Source of the DNA: Pirellulales bacterium
GTDB lineage: Bacteria; Planctomycetota; Planctomycetia; Pirellulales; UBA1268
Length of the DNA stretch: 64,000 nt
Assembly (NCBI GenBank): GCA_018401745.1
Contig: JAGYJY010000017.1
Coordinates: 88 to 64,087 of the forward strand
Reading direction: 5' to 3'
The translations under genes were made by a program, and so were the position numbers. Position 1 is the stretch's first letter. Each line of letters starts with the position of its first letter. Below the pieces are notes generated by a model, which was given only the letters and a program-made list of their open reading frames with translations, had not been told where the DNA came from and did not search any database. Below, in pieces: positions 61,547-64,000 of the stretch.

Positions 61547-62923
61547 ATGGGCTATCAGCACACCCTCGACAGCCGTGTCTGGCATTTTGACGATCTGAAA
61601 ACGCTCCTCGCCAAGGCCTCGCCATACCGCTCGGGGGATGTGCTTGCCGGCGTGGCAGCCGAGTCGCCGGTGGAGCGGACTGCCGCCCGGATGGCTCTCG
61701 CCGAGCTGCCGCTGGTGCGGTTTCTTGAGGAGCCGATGATCCCCGGGGAAGACGACGAGGTCACCCGGCTGATTCTGGAAAGCCACGACGCCCGGGCGTT
61801 TGCTGCGGTGGCCCACCTGACGGTCGGCGACTTTCGCGATTGGCTGCTCGGCGAGGCTGCCGATGAGGCCACGCTCACGGCGATTCGGCCGGGCCTCACG
61901 CCCGAAATGGTGGCGGCTGTCAGCAAGCTGATGCGCAACCAGGACCTGATCAGTGTGGCCCGCAGATGCCGGGTGGTCACCCGCTTTCGCAACACGATCG
62001 GCCTGCCGGGCACGCTGGCGATGCGGCTGCAGCCCAACCATCCCGCCGACGACCCGCGAGGCATCCTCGCAGGCGTTCTCGATGGCCTGATGTATGGCTG
62101 CGGTGATGCGGTGATCGGTGTGAATCCCGTCAGCGACGACATGACGACGCTGGCGGTGCTGTTGGAGAGCCTGGATGCGGTGATTCAGCGGTTTGAGATT
62201 CCCACCCAGGCCTGCGTGCTCGCTCATGTCACCAGCCAGATTGAGGCGATCAACGCGGGGCTTCCGGTCGACCTTGTGTTTCAGTCGATCGGCGGCACCG
62301 AGGCGACCAATCGCAGCTTCGGCATCACGCTCGCCATGCTTCGCGAGGCTCGCGAGGCGGCGCTTGCCACCAGCCGCGGCACCCTCGGCAGCAACGTGAT
62401 GTATTTCGAGACGGGCCAGGGATCGTCGCTCTCGGCCAACGCCCATCATGGGCTCGACCAGCAGACCTGCGAGGCCCGGGCCTATGGGGTGGCGAGAGCC
62501 TTCGAGCCGCTGATCTGCAACACAGTCGTAGGCTTCATCGGTCCGGAGTATCTCCACGATGGCAAGCAGATCATCCGAGCTGGTCTCGAAGACCATTTCT
62601 GCGGCAAGATCCTCGGCCTGCCGATCGGCTGCGACGCCTGCTACACCAACCATGCCGAGGCCGACGCCGACGATATGGACACCCTGATGACGCTGCTGGC
62701 CACTGCGGGCGTGACGTTTTTGATCGGCGTTCCCGGAGCCGACGACGTGATGCTCGGCTACCAGAGCCTCTCCTTTCACGACGCGCTCTACCTGCGGGAG
62801 GTGTTTGGCCTCCGTCGGGCTCCGGAGTTTGAGGCCTGGCTTGAGCGGATGGACCTCGTCGACAGCCGCGGACGCCTGCTGCCTGTCACGTCGCGACACC
62901 CGCTGCTGGCGATTCAGACGTAA
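61547..62923 (+). CDS. eutB: Ethanolamine ammonia-lyase large subunit
   Basis: RSGDVLAGVAA, RLQPNHP, NVMYFETGQGS, NTVVGFIGPEYL, CYTNHAEAD. Confidence 0.97.
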   Translation: MGYQHTLDSRVWHFDDLKTLLAKASPYRSGDVLAGVAAESPVERTAARMALAELPLVRFLEEPMIPGEDDEVTRLILESHDARAFAAVAHLTVGDFRDWLLGEAADEATLTAIRPGLTPEMVAAVSKLMRNQDLISVARRCRVVTRFRNTIGLPGTLAMRLQPNHPADDPRGILAGVLDGLMYGCGDAVIGVNPVSDDMTTLAVLLESLDAVIQRFEIPTQACVLAHVTSQIEAINAGLPVDLVFQSIGGTEATNRSFGITLAMLREAREAALATSRGTLGSNVMYFETGQGSSLSANAHHGLDQQTCEARAYGVARAFEPLICNTVVGFIGPEYLHDGKQIIRAGLEDHFCGKILGLPIGCDACYTNHAEADADDMDTLMTLLATAGVTFLIGVPGADDVMLGYQSLSFHDALYLREVFGLRRAPEFEAWLERMDLVDSRGRLLPVTSRHPLLAIQT

Positions 62924-62965
62924 GATGCTGGTTGCTACTCACGTTTGCGGTCCACGGAAAGTCTG

Positions 62966-63769
62966 ATGGACGAGTTCACGTCTCCTGCACCTTCCCCGCC
63001 GAGCCAGCCCACGGTCATCCGTGATCCGTGGATCGGCCTGCGGTCGCTGACCCCCTCACGGATTGCCCTGGGCCGTGCAGGCCATGCCCTGCCCACGCGT
63101 GAGGTGCTGGCGGCAGACGAGGCGCATGCCAGGGCTCGCTCGGCGGTGCACGCGCCGCTTGACCTCGACGACCTGAGCACTCGGCTGGCCGCGATCACAA
63201 AGGGGGAGCCGCCGGTTCGGGTGTGCTCGGCGGCTCCCGACCGGCAGCGGTATCTGCTGCGGCCCGACCTCGGCCGCCGCCTCTCAGCTGAGAGCCGAGC
63301 GGAGCTCACCGCCCTGCCCCTTGAGCCCGAGGGCTGTGATCTGGCGATCGTGGTTGCCGATGGCCTCTCCACGACGGCGGTCGCCCGGCATGCCGCTCCT
63401 GTCATCGAAGCGATCCTTGCCGGCCTGCCGGCTGCCTGCCGCCTGGGTCCGGTGGTGATCGCCAGCCAGGCGCGGGTGGCTCTCGGCGATGAGATTGGCC
63501 AGCTACTCAAGGCGCGGCTGGTGGCTGTGCTCATCGGCGAGCGGCCCGGCCTGTCCTGCCAGGAGAGCCTGGGCATCTACCTGACCTGGGAGCCTCGCCC
63601 CGGCCGTACCGACGCCGAGCGGAACTGCCTCTCCAACATCCACCCCGGCGGCCTCTCGCCTGCCGCCGCCGCCACTCGTCTCTGGTGGCTCGCCGGTGAG
63701 GCCCGTCGCCTGTGCACCACCGGCGTTGCCCTCAAAGACCGCAGTGGCGAGCCAGGCCGGCTGGGTTGA
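62966..63769 (+). CDS. eutC: Ethanolamine ammonia-lyase small subunit
   Basis: TPSRIALGRAG, YLLRPDLGR, VADGLS, LIGERPGL, DAERNCLSNIH. Confidence 0.96.
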   Translation: MDEFTSPAPSPPSQPTVIRDPWIGLRSLTPSRIALGRAGHALPTREVLAADEAHARARSAVHAPLDLDDLSTRLAAITKGEPPVRVCSAAPDRQRYLLRPDLGRRLSAESRAELTALPLEPEGCDLAIVVADGLSTTAVARHAAPVIEAILAGLPAACRLGPVVIASQARVALGDEIGQLLKARLVAVLIGERPGLSCQESLGIYLTWEPRPGRTDAERNCLSNIHPGGLSPAAAATRLWWLAGEARRLCTTGVALKDRSGEPGRLG

Positions 63770-63822
63770 ACGGACAGCATGCACACAGAGCACCATGGCA
63801 GGCGGCGTTGGAGGAGCACCAA

Positions 63823-64000
63823 ATGAGCGATGATCAGCGAAGCGATCAGTGGGCTGGGCTGAAACCAGGACGAGACCGACTCGCCGCCACCGCGGCCTGC
63901 CTGTCCTGTCTGCGGAGGCGGCCTGATCGAGATTCGTGCCAAGCTGCAGTGCTCTCGCTGTCACACCATCTGCGAGACCTGCTGCGAAGGCGGCCGAGGG
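63823..64000 (+). CDS. Small Cys-rich zinc-ribbon-like protein, absent from the ORF track; runs off the window; apparent frameshift at ~63863
   Basis: GGAGGA RBS and ATG 63823. The frame from 63902 reads CPVCGGGLIEIRAKLQCSRCHTICETCCEGGRG. Confidence 0.65.
   Translation, partial: MSDDQRSDQWAGLKPGRDRLAATAACLSCLRRRPDRDSCQAAVLSLSHHLRDLLRRRPR

Noticed and set aside
63830-63862. Selenocysteine read-through of TGA 63860
   Set aside because: The TGA is not in a Cys-motif position, no SECIS or sel genes are evident, and the RBS spacing favours ATG 63823 with a one-base indel.
48223-64000. Genomic island integrated at tRNA-Leu
   Set aside because: No integrase, no duplicate of the tRNA 3' end noticed, and downstream genes look like typical planctomycete genes in composition.

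Overview
64 kb of high-GC chromosomal DNA from a Planctomycetota bacterium, probably Pirellulales-like. The assignment rests on a PSCyt/PSD1 cytochrome-DUF1501 pair, two DUF1559 proteins and Tat-exported Gfo/Idh/MocA and epimerase genes. Core genes present: ppdK, rpsB-tsf-pyrH-frr, ilvN-ilvC, folK-panC-lgt, metF and tRNA-Leu(CAA). Accessory content: (i) a translationally coupled type IV-filament-like operon with three tandem GspF/PilC-like platform genes, three pilin-like genes, a DUF1559 pilin and an ECF sigma/anti-sigma pair, but no ATPase, secretin or prepilin peptidase; (ii) a six-gene ABC cluster ending in a permease-CPBP protease fusion; (iii) a clan-A glycoside hydrolase with a small secreted partner; (iv) a second ECF/anti-sigma pair with an ECF-type promoter; (v) a minimal eat-eutB-eutC ethanolamine operon. 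Non-coding or hidden features include a 37-bp repeat/35-bp AT-rich spacer/37-bp repeat inside the DUF1559 pilin gene, a 42-bp x3 repeat with an inverted copy, a structured element after the tRNA, and unannotated small ORFs. About 14 single-base frameshifts, mostly in homopolymers, point to an unpolished long-read assembly rather than real pseudogenes. No transposase, integrase, cas gene or reverse transcriptase was seen. All family calls are from motif recognition by eye, without database searches.
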